Of a stretch of 64,000 bases of DNA, positions 1-16,837 are shown in pieces. The notes beneath the pieces are model-generated. The model was not told the origin of the DNA. It worked only from the letters and a program-made list of their open reading frames with translations, and did not search any database. The DNA lies in assembly GCF_009914755.1 (NCBI RefSeq), contig NC_060925.1. One strand, given 5' to 3'. The stretch comes from the human T2T-CHM13v2.0 reference genome, Homo sapiens. Made by a program: the position numbers and the translations under genes. Each line of letters opens with the position of its first letter. Position 1 is the first letter of the stretch.

Positions 1-332
1 CCTGTATCCACGGGACTTAACTTTTTCATGTGAATAGGATTTGATGGGCAGATGAGCAGAAGGAATGTGAATCCATGCTCTAGTCCATTTCCCTATGGCT
101 TCAATTTCATCCTCTACCTTTTGAGCAAAAGAACGACACCATAAAAACTGCTTTCCCACTTCCTCTTCTACTTGGTTGCCTCATTCTCTTTCCATTCCTT
201 CTTTGGGGATTTGCTCCAGTGGGTGGCACAAGCTAGAGTGAGAACTCCGTGGGTCAGAGTATGGGGAAAGCCTGGTACAGTGTCTAACATGAAACTCAGG
301 TGATTTTCTTCTTCCCAAAGTGGGAAATCTGG

Positions 333-627
333 GGCTGGGTGTGGTGGCTCATGCCTGTAGTACCAGTACTTTGGAAGGCTGAGGTGGGCAGATCACTTGA
401 GGTCAGGAGTTCGAGACCAGCCTGGCCAATATGGTAAAACCTGTCTCTACTAAAAATACAAAAATTAGCCAGGCATGGTGGTGCGTGCCTCTAATCCCAG
501 ATTCTTGAGTGGCTGAGGCATGAGAATTGCTTGAACCCAGGAGGCGAAGGCAGTGAGCTGAGATCGCACCACTGCACTCCAGCCTGGGTGACAGAATGAG
601 ACTCCGTCTCAAAAACAAAACAAAAAA
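333..627 (+). mobile_element. AluS (Sx/Sz-like), full length
   Basis: Dimeric Alu with (AAAAC) tail; perfect 18-bp TSD CCAAAGTGGGAAATCTGG at 315-332 and 628-645. Confidence 0.97.
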
Positions 628-798
628 CCAAAGTGGGAAATCTGGTGGGTGGGAGGTACTGGACCAATGAGTTCACACAGGCTAATCTTTCAGACTTCTG
701 GGGTTCATTCCAATAAAGATTTGATTTAATTAAAGAAGAATCTATAAAGTGTCTATTTTGCATGCAGAGCAATATGAGAAATACATAGAAGAAGCATG

Positions 799-1639
<841 letters not shown>

Positions 1640-3703
1640 GCATGTAACAGTTTGGAAAGGACATAGGAGTAGGTATGCTGACTTACACACACACACACAT
1701 CCCCCAAGGTGATGAAACAAAGGATACAGGGTCAAATCCAGCACTAAAGCGCATGCCATCCAGCAGCAGTATTTTATGGTGTAAATGTCTTAGTTCACTG
1801 GAATCCCTGGTGTCATTCAGTGCCTCTCACTCAGCATTTCCACACAGGCCCACCTCACACATGACACCACCCTTCACAAAGCTCTGCATAAGGACCAATC
1901 AGAACCTCAAGCTCAACACAGACAAGAGTTCTGTTGGAACTCTAGGAAGAAAGCCATTCTCTGAAACCTTTCTGGGGCTGGAGCACTTGTCAAGAGTAAA
2001 CAGAAAAGGAATAAAGCTTGCCTCTTTTTTTGAAAAACCCAGCTGGACAATGGGCATATTCAATGGCCAAGGCCTCCTCTAATTGCTGGCTTGGGAAGAA
2101 CTGGAGATAACTCAGCAATGGAGAGACAAGGAGGGCTCCTAGGGAACAACTTGGAGACCGAGGAATCTTGCTGAATGCCAGCAGGTTGTAGACACCAAGT
2201 GGTGGCTCTTTAGTTGCCATTAACAGCCCTGAGGATTGAGTGCGGATCTATTTCATCTTGAGAAGTTAATATTATTTAATCACAGAAAGTAAAGGCTCCA
2301 TGTAATTTCATTGGAGCAATCAATGAAAGCATGAGAAATGCCACGCCAGGTCATAACAGTAAATACCCCCAGCACCACATTCTGGCTAGCAGAGGTATCA
2401 ATGGAGGTCTGTGGGTAGACACTCTCAAAAGGTTAGGAATGTGTACTTCTCTCCCTTCCCGAACAACTCTAACTCGTCTAAAGTGTGACCCATTAGCACC
2501 ATTAGCATCCACTAGTTGTGTAATCCTTTGGTTTGAGAATTTAGGGCAAGAACTCTGGCTATTATATTTTCTGCTTAGATGCTGAAAAAGGCAGGGCTTC
2601 CCTTCATAGTTCAGAATGGTCAGTGGTACCTTCATAAAGTCCTTAACAACCAGTCCCAGATTAAGGTCCCTGTCAGCACAAGCCTTGTCCAGGTGACAGT
2701 TTATTTTCTATTGCCCTTCCATACGGAGAAGAACAATGTGAGCTGTCCCAGTGACCACTATATTATGCTACTTCTGATTGTGTTTGCACAGGCTGAATTA
2801 ACCTCCCTGTGATTTAGAAGTGGAAGGGTCTGAATTTCATTATAGATACAACTTCCATGTTCTTCTCCTTGGCTGGGGCACAGGGATTTTCTTGGAGGGG
2901 TCTTGTCATTACTATGCAGATTGCTTTCCTATCATTTGACTGAAATTTCAGGAAGAAGGAAGGTCATTAATGTAACTTCTTCCTCAATTTCTCATTTTAG
3001 AAAATCTGGAAGCAGAGCCAGTATAATTCAGCATTACTGAGCCCACTGAGCTCTCCAGGGAAGTATAAATTGAGCACAGAAGCTCTGAAATGGATTGTAA
3101 CCACAACATCAGAGGTATTCTCAAAAGATCCATTCTCTTGGAAAAAAGTTTGCCAAGTGGAGCTGGATCCACAGCTGCCACTCAAGGCCTGTTTTCCGCA
3201 GAGCGCTGTTAAAGAGATTTTACCTGCTTCATAACCCATCCAGTTGTGTAAAGCAGAGGGTGTGAGGGCAGCCACTGCAGGGGTGAGTGCGTGGGTCATT
3301 CTATGGGTCTCTTCAGAAAGAGAGCTGCTGTTATATCAGACCTACAAGAAGCAAGGCATGTGTTTCCCAATGCACCACCCTGTCATTTTACCCCCAGAGC
3401 CTATTTGGCATCAGCCACCATAAGTAAGGCAAATCTGTTGAAGGCAAGAGACTTGTCAGGCCAAGTTCCCACCACGGCTTTTAGCTCACTGTAGCCTGAA
3501 CTGGACATACTGTTGTGATTGCACTTCATTCTCCTTACTTAACCAGGATATCAAGAGCGATATAAAGGACATTTACTGAAGTATCAAAATAGTATGAGAT
3601 CAGAAAGAATCTAAATATCTAATAACAAAAGACTGATTAAACTACAGTACATCTATATCATGGGATACCACACATCCAGTTAAAAAAAAAAAAAAAAGAC
3701 ATG

Positions 3704-4036
<333 letters not shown>

Positions 4037-5507
4037 TTAACATAAACCATATGAAATTACTTCAAAATATATTAAATGAAAAGGGTAAGGTGCAGAAACT
4101 ATGTATCATGGGAACACTTCAGGTAAATACAAAATTATTTGTAAATGTACATATCTATATACTAGTATAGAAATGTTATACATATAAATTTTATGCTAGA
4201 CATTTTTTTTCCAGAATATTCAAGGAAGCGTCAAGAATGGTTGCTTTTGGGGATATAGAGCTTCTTACTTTTACTTCTTTCTATATTTTTTAATGCTAAG
4301 TATATATTGTTCTTAATTTTACTTTCATAACAGCTTTCCAAAGTCTCTCCGACCATCCCTCAGAAGGCTTTCCAGCCTCTTCCTCTTGACTCCAGGGTAC
4401 CTTCTATGGTTATGTAGGCTGCATTCTGAATGTAAGCTCCTAGCCCATGGGACAGAATCCAGTCTGAAGCACGCTTGTCTAGCTGTGAACCCTGTCACTG
4501 TGCTGTATCCACTTAGAGGCACATCTTTTTTTAATTCTCCAAAATGCCACCATATGCGCTGGTGGCAGCTCTGCACAGCTCTTCATTCTACCTTTCCCTA
4601 CCACCCACCCTTTATTTCTGCCACAGTTTGATTTGGTTCTTGCTTCTCACCTACCCTCTTCAGTTTACCTCTTCAGAACATCCCTCATATCCTGCCTTCC
4701 TACGCTTAGCCCAGGAATCAGTGAAACTCCAGGCCCATCCACTGCCATGCCCAGCCCAGGCCTGAAATCAAGCAGCCCTCCCAATTTACCCGAAGGGAAG
4801 CCATGCTAAGGTGCTCCTGTTGCCCCAACTTCTGCATGTGTACCTGCTGGTATTTATCATGCATAGTTTATGGACAGCAGCTCTAATTATCCACACAAAG
4901 GGCAGTGGGTATTGGCACATATCATTCAAAACAGCAGATGACCACAAAATTAGGGCTTCAGGAAGTTGTCCTTGGAAGGTCATTGGTGATTCTTTTTAAT
5001 ATAGATTTTGCCACCGTAGATTTACTCGAATTAAAATTAACTCATATTCTGTTTCGTATCTACTGAATGTAGTAGGACTGAAGTAAAAAAAATCTACCAG
5101 CAATTAAATTGACCAGGGATAAAAAAAAAAAAATGTGTTTGGGACAATCTGCCTAAAGGGGGCTATATTTAAAACCACATTTAGATTTTTCCTTTCTGTT
5201 TTAACATAGGAGCCTTTTCTCAATACTAATATTCAACCTAAGGCCAAAGTACACTTTCTTCAAACGTTTTTCTTATCTTTTATAAAAATCTTGTGTGAGT
5301 GCATATGCTATTAGTGAAATTGGTTTTACAAAGCACCCAAAACCTACTCTTATTTAGTTGTAGCCACTTGAATGTCTGTCAGCTTCAACTCAGTTTCTTT
5401 GCTGCTCCAGTCTTTGAAGGGAAACATCACCAGCTTATTGATCTTTACATTGCTGGCACTAAATACCATTATTTCGGCTTGCTTCTTTGTCACAACTATA
5501 AACATAA

Positions 5508-5943
<436 letters not shown>

Positions 5944-5978
<35 letters not shown>
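5944..5978. repeat. (GT)n microsatellite
   Basis: About 17 perfect units. Confidence 0.97.
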
Positions 5979-5981
<3 letters not shown>

Positions 5982-6615
5982 ACTCATCTTTTGTAATGGT
6001 TATGCTTGACTTAGCATATTGGCACATTTTATCAGAGTAATATATATCCACAAAGCCATACTGCTCCTACATGTGAGAATTTAGTTTACGCATTTATGAA
6101 TGGGTCTATCCGTATCCATTCATGAATGGACATCTTCTCTAAAAAGTATAAAATAGATTATTGTATTCTACAACTATGAGAGCATTAAGAAACAGTAAGT
6201 TTTCTTTCTTTCTGTTTTTCTTATTTTCATGGGGTCTCTACTGCCCTGCATGTGGCAGTCTGTATGCTACATGTGATCCCAGAATTTCTACCTAAGGAAG
6301 GAACAAGAAGTATCTACCTAGCCCACAAAAAGACATGACTCTAGCAGCAAACTGCAGCTTGTAGCTCCCAGATAAGTTTGTCAGGATGGAAATGTCAATT
6401 TGAGCCAGTGTGCTTTCTGTTTTTATAAGACAATTTAGGGAGGTGGAATGGTTGTCACAGCGTAGGAGTTGTTATCAAGAGTTTTAAATTCAATTGAGAA
6501 GGAACCAGGAGGTACATACATAAGCAAGGAATGAGAAAGGCATTTCATAATTTAGCAAGAAACTGACACTTCCCTCTTATCCTTTACTGCAAATATTTTT
6601 TCTTTTTCTTTTTTT

Positions 6616-7326
6616 GACAACTGTTATAGTTTTACTTTATTCTAGTTAACTTCTTTTTTTTAAAATTTTTTTAGTGTTTATTGATCATTCTTGGGTGTTT
6701 CTCAGAGAGGGGTATTTGGCAGGGTCATAGGACAATAGTGGAGGGAAGGTCAGCAGATAAACATGTGAACAAAGGTCTCTGGTTTTCCTAGGCAGAGGGC
6801 CCTGCCGCCTTCCGCAGTGTTTGCGTCCCTGGGTACTTGAGATTAGGGAGTGGTGATGACTCTTAACGAGTATGCTGCTTTCAAGCATCTGTTTAACAAA
6901 GCACATCTTGCACCGCCCTTAATCCATTTAACCCTGAGTGGACACAGCACGTGTTTCAGAGAGCAGGGGGTTGGGGGTAAGGTTATAGATTAACAGCATC
7001 CCAAGGCAGAAGAATTTTTCTTAGTACAGAACAAAATGGAGTCTCCTATGTCTACTTCTTTCTACACAGACACAGTAACAATCTGATCTCTCTTTCTTTT
7101 CCCCACATTTCCCCCTTTTCTATTCGACAAAACCGCCATTGTCATCATGGCCCGTTCTCAATGAGCTGTTGGGTACACCCCCCAGACGGGGTGGCGGCCG
7201 GGCAGAGGGGCTCCTCACTTCCCAGACGGGGCGGCCGGGCAGAGGCGCCCCCCCACCTCCCAGATGGGGCGGCGGCTGGGCAGGGGCTGCCCCCCACCTC
7301 CCGGATGGGGTGGCTGGCCGGGCAGG
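6616..7326 (-). mobile_element. 5'-truncated SVA (older subfamily, A-C-like): SINE-R plus about 160 bp of VNTR plus a 38-bp 3' extension
   Basis: SINE-R sequence (TTTATTGATCATTCTTGGGTGTTTCTC...GGCCCGTTCTCAATGAGCTGTTGGGTACACC) followed by GC-rich VNTR units; no hexamer or Alu-like domain. Confidence 0.95.
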
Positions 7327-7621
<295 letters not shown>

Positions 7622-7779
7622 TACTACAAAGATTTTTAAAAATCAGTGATGATAACTGTAATTGCTAACAGGTATGCCATGTAGAGATGACCAGAGTTGT
7701 TCTGTGATGAGAGGAGCCTTGTTTGTAACCAACTTATTGCTTCATGCCTGAGAGCAAAAGTGGCTTAGGTTTAGCTGGG

Positions 7780-7965
7780 GTTAGATCTAGGGACTGGCAC
7801 TTACTAACTATGTGACTTTGGAAAAGAGGCCCACTTCGTTACCTACAATATGGGGTTCATAATAGTGCCTATCTAGTAAGGTGACTGAATGGATTATGGC
7901 TAACAATACATGTGAAGGGTTTAGCACAGTGCCTAGCACATAGTAAGTGCCCAATAAAAGTTTAT
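7780..7965 (+). mobile_element. MIR
   Basis: TTTAGCACAGTGCCTAGCACATAGTAAGTGCCCAATAAA 3' end and degenerate core. Confidence 0.75.
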
Positions 7966-9209
7966 TTACTGTTTTGCTTAAGTATTTGAAAGCAGTTTAC
8001 CTTGTTAAGTAGGCTAACCCATTTTGAATATTTTTCAACAAATGCTCTCTTCCCAAAACATATACAAGTAAACTCCAATCAAGTCTGGGTGAAATTATTA
8101 TAAATTCCATATTAGTGGTGACCTAAATAAATGAGGTGTCACTGTTTTCCACTATCTGTGTCAATACTTCCCTCCTTTTGTACAGATCATTGAGAGCTGA
8201 ATTAGCCTAAATAGAATGTTAAAGTTGTAATGCCCAAGTGGACTTATTTAAGGAGTGATTATGGCTAGAAAGTGGTCTGTAAAAATAACTCTCGCCCTTA
8301 CATCACATCACTTGCTTCCTGCGGCGCCTTGAAGTTGTCCTGACAAACAGGCCTGCCCTCCTGCAGACCCAGGATTCTATTCTGCCTCACACATCCCTAA
8401 CACAACTGCCAGCTGAGTTCTAATTGCAGAATCTTCATTACCAGGGATGATTGAAACTATAAAAAGAACCCAGCTGAATTTTTCACATCCTGCTGGGTGA
8501 GCACAAGGACCAGCTCTCCTGTTCCTGCTCCCTCCCCCAGCAATTATCCTTGGTACATGTGTGGTCTAGCTTCTGCAGGGAGCTCTGAGCAATTGATAGA
8601 TGTTATCTTCCTTCTCCTCCAAACCTCCCTGCCAAGGAGGTGTGTTGATGACCGTGACAAATATGCCTGGTCTTCCTCCACAGCTGTGGAGACAGGAGGT
8701 TCATTTCTCAACCTTTCCTACCTAAGTATCTTGTCCAAAGTCACCTAGAAGTGACAGATCAGAGAGAGATAAGAATCATTTCTCCTAGCCCCCTAGGCCT
8801 TTGTGACAACCTATTATACCCTATGTGAAAATTTGCCTTTTTTTGTTTTGTCCTTTCTTATTTCAGTGAGCATTTCTAAAGCACCTGCTGAATGCTCAGT
8901 ACTGCATTAATTGTAGTGAAAGGGGATATCCAGAAATAAGAGGCCACCAAGGAATTTAAAATCTAGTTGGAAGGCAAAAGGCAGGACTGTTCTTGGTTCT
9001 GTAGCTAATAACTTTAAGAATCAAGGAAAAAATGTATGCAAATTTTACATAAAATTTATGCAAAAAATAACTTTTCCTATCTGAAAGAGAGAGAAAAAGA
9101 GCACATGTATCTGTATATTTAGAAAGAAAAAGAAATGTCTGGAAGGAAGTGCATCAGAAAAGTTAATGGTAGCCATCTCTGAGACGCTGTGTAACAAAAC
9201 GTTTGAGAA

Positions 9210-9440
9210 GGTGGTCTCTGAAGACACAATGACACAATCTAGGTTTAAATCCTAATTCTGCCACTCACCATTGCCTTGTGCATGTTACGTTTCACCTAAG
9301 TTTCAGTTTTCTTACCTATACAATGGGATGGTAATTGTAGTATCTGCTAGGTTTGTTGTGAGGATTAAATAGGATAATATAGATAGAGCATTTAGCAGTG
9401 CCTGGCATTTAAATTCAAGTGCTCTAAAAATGTAACTGTT
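9210..9440 (+). mobile_element. MIR
   Basis: GGTTTAAATCCTAATTCTGCCACT...TTTCAGTTTTCTTACCTATACAATGGG...GTTGTGAGGATTAAAT. Confidence 0.8.
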
Positions 9441-9704
9441 TCTAGTGATGAGATATTGAAGGAGAGGCATAAGAGGGGAAGTCTTCGAGGAGGCACGACT
9501 TGAACTGGTCCCTGGTGAATGGTGAAGACTAGAATAGTCAGAGGGGAGAGCCAGGGGTATTCTGGGTTAGGGAAACATCTTGAAGGAAGAGACAGAAAGG
9601 AGCCTCGGCTGTTCTCAAAAAGAGAGAGGCCTGTACATGAACTAAGAAAAAGGTTGCATAAGGAAACACACAGTGGAGACAGAAAGTTTCGTTGCTTTCT
9701 CTTT

Positions 9705-9880
9705 TGTCCCAGCCCCTACGCATGCACAGCCTCTCCCATCATCAACATCCTGCATCAGATTGGTATATTTGTTAAAACTGATGAGGCTACCTAGGCACAT
9801 CATTATCACGCAAAGCCTATAGTTTAAATTGAGGTTCACTCTTGGTGGTGTACATTCTGTGGGTTTGGACAAATGTCTAA
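9705..9880 (-). mobile_element. L1MC-like 3' end fragment
   Basis: GGTTCACTCTTGGTGGTGTACATTCTGTGGGTTTGGACAAATGT resembles the L1MC1/2 3' UTR. Confidence 0.7.
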
Positions 9881-10851
9881 GGACTTTTATCTAGAAGGTC
9901 TGGTTTTTTCAACTCCCTGATTCCCCTCCACAAAAAGAGACACAGCAATTAAGACAGCAAACAAAACCAATAAACAAAACCACCTGCAGATAACATCTTG
10001 AATAAAACCAGGTATCAAGGCACCTCCATAAACTCCAAAATGTCAGAGGGTGAGGCCAAAGCACCAAGTAAAATGACCTTATTGATGTCAACAACAAATT
10101 AGAAGGAAGCAGAGGAAAGACAAGGAACATATGACAGTTCCAAGGGCCAGGGAAATCAGAGATGACTAATAAATACTTGGCCTCAAAAAGAGGGGACTCC
10201 ACTAAGGGGATAAACTGAATAGACCCAGCTGAGGCTGGGAGGGGTCGACTCAGGCTCTAAATGGTGGTTTGTAGTTGGCCAACTTCCCCTTCAGGGGGAG
10301 ATTCAAAATAGAGAAAACTTTTTAAATGATTCTGCCCGCCCCAACATTATTGAGAGGCAGAAAAATTGAGTTCTAGGCCAGTAGAGGGGTGGCATGTTCA
10401 CTGTATGACTCTGGAAGCCTGCTGTGAGGAGGAGGGATGGACAGGAACAGAAAGGAATACCTCAGTGCCCTTTCTTTCTGCCTTCCCATCAAGACAGTAC
10501 AACGCCTATGGAAAAAGAAAACAACAACAAAACCTCAACCAGTATCTAGGACAGAGCTATGAGGACTTAGATTATGGGGGCAGGGTCGCCTTATGAAGAG
10601 GCAACAACCAGCAATGATCAAACCCAGGCTCTGATCCGTTGACTCCCTTCATCCTCCTTACAATCAACAGGAATGACCCCAGTGAGAGGCTGAGATTAGG
10701 CTTCTCCCCTCTAAGTCAAATGTCCTGTCAAATAGCTGACACCTACATGGCAAAACGAAATTACAGTGAAAAATACCAGATAACTGAGGAATGCAACCAC
10801 TAAAAGAAAGGTAATAAACTTCATCACTCCTACTAGATGGGATCGATGTTA

Positions 10852-11169
<318 letters not shown>

Positions 11170-11226
11170 AAAAATTAAAATAGGCATAACATATACTATC
11201 AAAGAGAGAGATTATCGTATATTATT

Positions 11227-11566
<340 letters not shown>

Positions 11567-11813
11567 TGAAGTGAATACAATCATTTTTAAAAGAACCAAG
11601 CAAAAATACCAGGTAGAAAAAATATAACAGCTTAATTAAGGAAATTAAGTGAAGAGAGAAAAAGCAGAATAGATTCAGAAAAATTTGAATTTGTGAACAC
11701 AAGATTCAGCTGAGGAACTTCACAAGGGACCAGGAAGAAAAAAGTGAAAAAAAATTAGAATAAAAATATTAACATCCATGTAATAGAAGTCCCAGAAGGA
11801 AAGACAAAGGAAT

Positions 11814-12333
11814 TGTGGTAGATTGCAAAACTATGCTCCTCAGTGAATCTCACCTCTTACAATGCATGATCAATCCCATCTCACATTCATGCTGAACTTG
11901 ATCATTTGCCTTATTTTGACCAGTGGGACATCAATAAATGTGATGCAAGCAAAAATGTGTTAAGTACATGTGCTTTGGGGTTGGGGTGGGATATGTGATC
12001 ATGTAACTTACTTTAGCCAATGAAATACCAGTAAATTTGAAGCAAACAGGCTTAGTAAGCACTTGTGCCAAAAGCTGCTTTGACCATCTGAGGAAGCCTA
12101 CTATAGCTTTCTTAAGGACAAAAGATCACATGGAGAGAGGGGCCTAGCCACTGCTGTCTAGATGAACCCAGCCCTCTGGATTCTCTTCAGCTGAAAGCAG
12201 CCACATGAGTATGGCCAGAGAAGAGCAGTGGAACCACCCAGCCAACTCACAGAACCACAAGAAATAACTGTTGTTCTTGCAAGCCACTAAGTTTTGGGTA
12301 ATTTGTTATGTATTTAGCAATAGATGATTGATA
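11814..12333 (+). mobile_element. MaLR LTR (MLT1G-like)
   Basis: TGTGGTAG start; AAGCCACTAAGTTTTGGGTAATTTGTTAT...GCAATAGAT end. Confidence 0.75.
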
Positions 12334-12610
12334 TGGGAGATAATATATGAGTAAAAAAGACCTAAAATTCCCAGAATAAAAGATTTTAGACGAAATAAAT
12401 ATTTTAGATAGAAAGACTAACACAATACCAAAAGAACAAGAAAAAAAAAAGGCAGAAAAAACCTCCCTTAGGATTTATAGTATAATTCCAAAAGGCAATT
12501 CTACAATCATGCAGAAAGAGAATATATGACTTACAAAGTAACACAAATACATTTGACATCATTTGTCTCAATTGTGACATGGGAATCAATATGTCAATGG
12601 AGTGTTATTT

Positions 12611-12924
<314 letters not shown>

Positions 12925-13039
12925 TAATGGAGTGTTATTTTCAAGGAGTAAAAATAAAAGGACTTCTAACCTAGAACTAAACTTTCCCATTTAAATGTGA
13001 AGATTCAATAAAGATATTCTTGGGTAAACAAGGCTAAAG

Positions 13040-13950
13040 GAACTTTAACATGCAAGAGACATTCCAAAAAATACTCCTTGGCTAAAAACTAAAATTAACT
13101 CATCAACTCAAAAAGTTAAATACAATAAAGAAGAAAAACAAAACCAAAATTGTTTTCTTCAAAAAGATTTGTAAGATAGACAAACCTCTGGCAAGAGTAA
13201 TGAGGGAGAAAAAGTAAGATACAAATAAATAAGATATAGAATAAAAATGGAAAATAACTAAAAATATAATAGATTTTAAACATAATGAAAGAATATTATG
13301 AGGAATTATATGCTAATAAATTTGATTACACAAATAAAATGGAGGCAGAACTTTCTCAAGCAAAATTATTGAGGCAAGAAGAAATAAAAAATTGGAATCA
13401 ACTATAATCAATTAAAATAGTCATCAATAACTTTGTACCTAAATGTGCACACACGCACACACACACACACCCCTCTTGCATGCACACCCACACATGCCTC
13501 AAGTAAATTTTACAAAACTTTCAAGGAATAGATACTCTCTCTCTTATCAAAGATGTTTCAGAAAATTTTAAAGGCCTGAAAGTTACCCAACTCATTTATA
13601 TATAAACCGGGTTCCAAAATTGAAAGGACACAAAAAAGCATCCTGTATGCTAGCAACAGCCAGCTGAAAAATATAATATAAACAAAATACTATTTTCAAT
13701 AGCAACAAAGTAATAACATATCTAAGAGTTAACCTAAAAAAAGAACCTCATAGAGAAAATTTAAAAACTCTATTAAAGGATTTAAATGTTTATGCACAAA
13801 TAAAAAGACATACCATGTTAATGAATGGGGAAAGTTCAAAATTATAAAGAGGTTATTTCTCCTCCAACTTAATCTGCCTACTGTAATTTTAATATTTTAA
13901 GATCTTAAACATATACATGGAATTAAAGTTTATAAATAGCTGGTAATCTT
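13040..13950 (+). mobile_element. Ancient L1M ORF2-region fragments
   Basis: A-rich degenerate L1 motifs (AAGATAGACAAACCTCTGGCAAGA; CCAACTCATTTATA; CAATAGCAACAAAG); boundaries approximate. Confidence 0.65.
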
Positions 13951-15793
13951 GAAAATAATGAGTTCATGACAAGAGGGAGAGATGACAAAAGAGAAATAGG
14001 GCAGAACTCACTGTGGCAGATATTAAGTATAGAACATAAAGCTGTAATAATAAATATATTGATATACTGGAGGAAAAAACACATGAAGGTGTACTGGAGA
14101 CAAGGAGATCAGCTGAACTCTCAGATGATCACAAAAGTACAGGCAAGGAGTGATGAGTCTCAGCATTATCTTGGTAGACTAGCAGTGGGAACAGCACAGC
14201 AGGGTCTGTGAGATATATTTTATCAAAAAGCCTTGAGGATTTCCCGACTGAATGGATATAGGAGTGAAGGAAAAAAAAAGATTGAGTTGTGCAATGGGAG
14301 ATGAGTCTGACAAGATGGATTAAAGATAGACTGTGCGGGATCCTTTATAAGAAGTTAATCTTAGAAAGGTTAAGTGTTGGGGCACATAGGAAATGAATCA
14401 ACAGAGAAAGAGGCCAATTAAGCTAATTGGAGAAACACCCATTAAACTGTTGCAATTGTCAGGTAGGGAATGATGAAGGATGGAACTAAAACTGTGGGAA
14501 CTGGGATGGGAAGCGGAGAGGTAGAGATGAGAGATATTTAAAATGTTGAATCTAAATGACTTGGTATATTAGTTAAAGTGGATAGCAAAAGAGGAGAAGG
14601 GTTCAAGAAAGCTCTGAGTTTTCTAGCTTTGTTAGGAGGTAGGTGGCAGCAGCCTTAGTCAAGGAAATTCAGGGGTCACCATTTCAGCCAGAAGTCAATT
14701 TAACTTTGAATATCCAAGTTTGGATGCTTCCTACAAACGGGTAACCGGAAAGGAAGCTCTGGAACTTCAGAGAGAGTTTAGGCCTGCAGATATAGAATCG
14801 AGCATCTGGCCAGAGTTTGGGAAAGTAATAGAAGCCATGGATATGGCCATATTTCACAGGAAATGAACATAGAAGAGGAAAGTCAGGTGGTCGAGTTCTC
14901 CAGGAGTCTGTGGTCCCAAGGCAGAATCCAGCACTGCCTTTGAGAGGCCCAGGGAATGCCAGGAAAAGTGAGAGCCACACTTGGCAACTGTCACATCACA
15001 TCTGCTCTCTGTGGCATGGTTTCCTCACTGACTATCAGAATACATAAATATATGTAGCACATCAAACAGACAAATCCACTCTGCACAGATCTGCCTAAAT
15101 ATTTAGACAGAGCAAAGCAGTGACAGAAATGATTAAGAAATTGAAATTCCAGTCACTAAAGGTGATCAGTGAAACAGAGAACAACTCTCATTTCAACCTC
15201 TCGTCATCAGACCCATGGTTGACTTGTCACTTCCAGAATGAGGAAAGAATAGTTCAGCAAATGTGGGAGGCTTTGTAGATTTCTGATGGTGTGTGGGTTA
15301 GCCCTTAATTCTCCTTTGGTGAATTTTCTTCTTGTGGCATTCCACCATCAGAGGTTAGACTGGGGAAGTGAGCAAAGGACAGGGGATAGGTGCAGTTAAA
15401 AGAATATTGAATTTGGCACCAGAAGATTGAGTTGAAGTCCCAGATCCACGGGTTACTACCAATGTGACATAGCCTCCCTGAACCTGTTCTTATCTGTAAA
15501 ATAAGAATGTTAATTCCTGACCTGCCTACCTCCCAGGGCAGGTGAGAGTCGAGAGCTAATGTGTGCCAGTGGTTTTTGAACTGTGTTCTTCAGGGTTCTG
15601 GGCTTCCTCTCTGAGACCATAGGTGCCACAGCTACAAGGGGGAATGAGCTTAAGAGGTATAACCAGAGGCAGTGCTTTAGCTCCCCCATGCCTGGCTATC
15701 CCAAAGCAGCCTGACTTTTATTTGTATCTGCTACTAAAAATACAGAGGGCAAACTCACTGCCCTGAATTAATGTTGGATGAAAAAGAACATGT

Positions 15794-16110
15794 GGCTGAG
15801 CGTGGCTCACGCCTATAATCCTAGCACTTTGAGAGGCTCAGGTGGGCAGATCACTTGAGGCCAGGAGTTTGAGATCAGCCTGGCAAACATGGTGAAACAC
15901 TGTCTCTACTAAAAATACAAGAATTAGCTGGGCGTGGTGGCATGCACCGGTAATACTAGCTACTCAGGACGCTGAGGCAGGAGAATTGCTTGAACCTGGG
16001 AGGCAGAGGTTGCAGTGAGCCGAGATCATGCCACTGTACTCCAGCCTGGGTGACAGCGCGAGACTCTGTCTCAAAAAAAAAAAAGAAAGAAAGAAAGAAA
16101 GAAAGAAAAA
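15794..16110 (+). mobile_element. AluS with (GAAA)n tail
   Basis: Full Alu sequence. Confidence 0.95.
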
Positions 16111-16440
16111 CAACAAGTATCTGAAATGAGCTTTTTGGATTATCTGTGAACTGCAATTTCTGGTATCCTCTCTTCATTATCAGATAATTAAGAATTCATT
16201 GTATGTGATTTTTTATTATAATAAGTTGGCTCCTAGTACTATCCTAAATTACATCTCCTATAAGACCACAGATTTACTTATCGTGATTACGTCTATGGAC
16301 CGGGTGCTGAGTTGCCAGGTGAAGACTGCTACCATCCTCTACTACTCCTGGTTTAATTGCAATGCCCCATCCTGCAGCCCAGCAGAACTGCTGTGAAGAT
16401 GCAACGTCCCAGCTGTTCTCTACTGCAGAGACACCATTCA

Positions 16441-16837
<397 letters not shown>

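Noticed and set aside
1675-2082. 135-aa plus-strand ORF
   Set aside because: Begins in a (CA)n repeat and has no recognisable homology.
7180-7326. GC/CpG-rich patch resembling a promoter
   Set aside because: It is the SVA VNTR.
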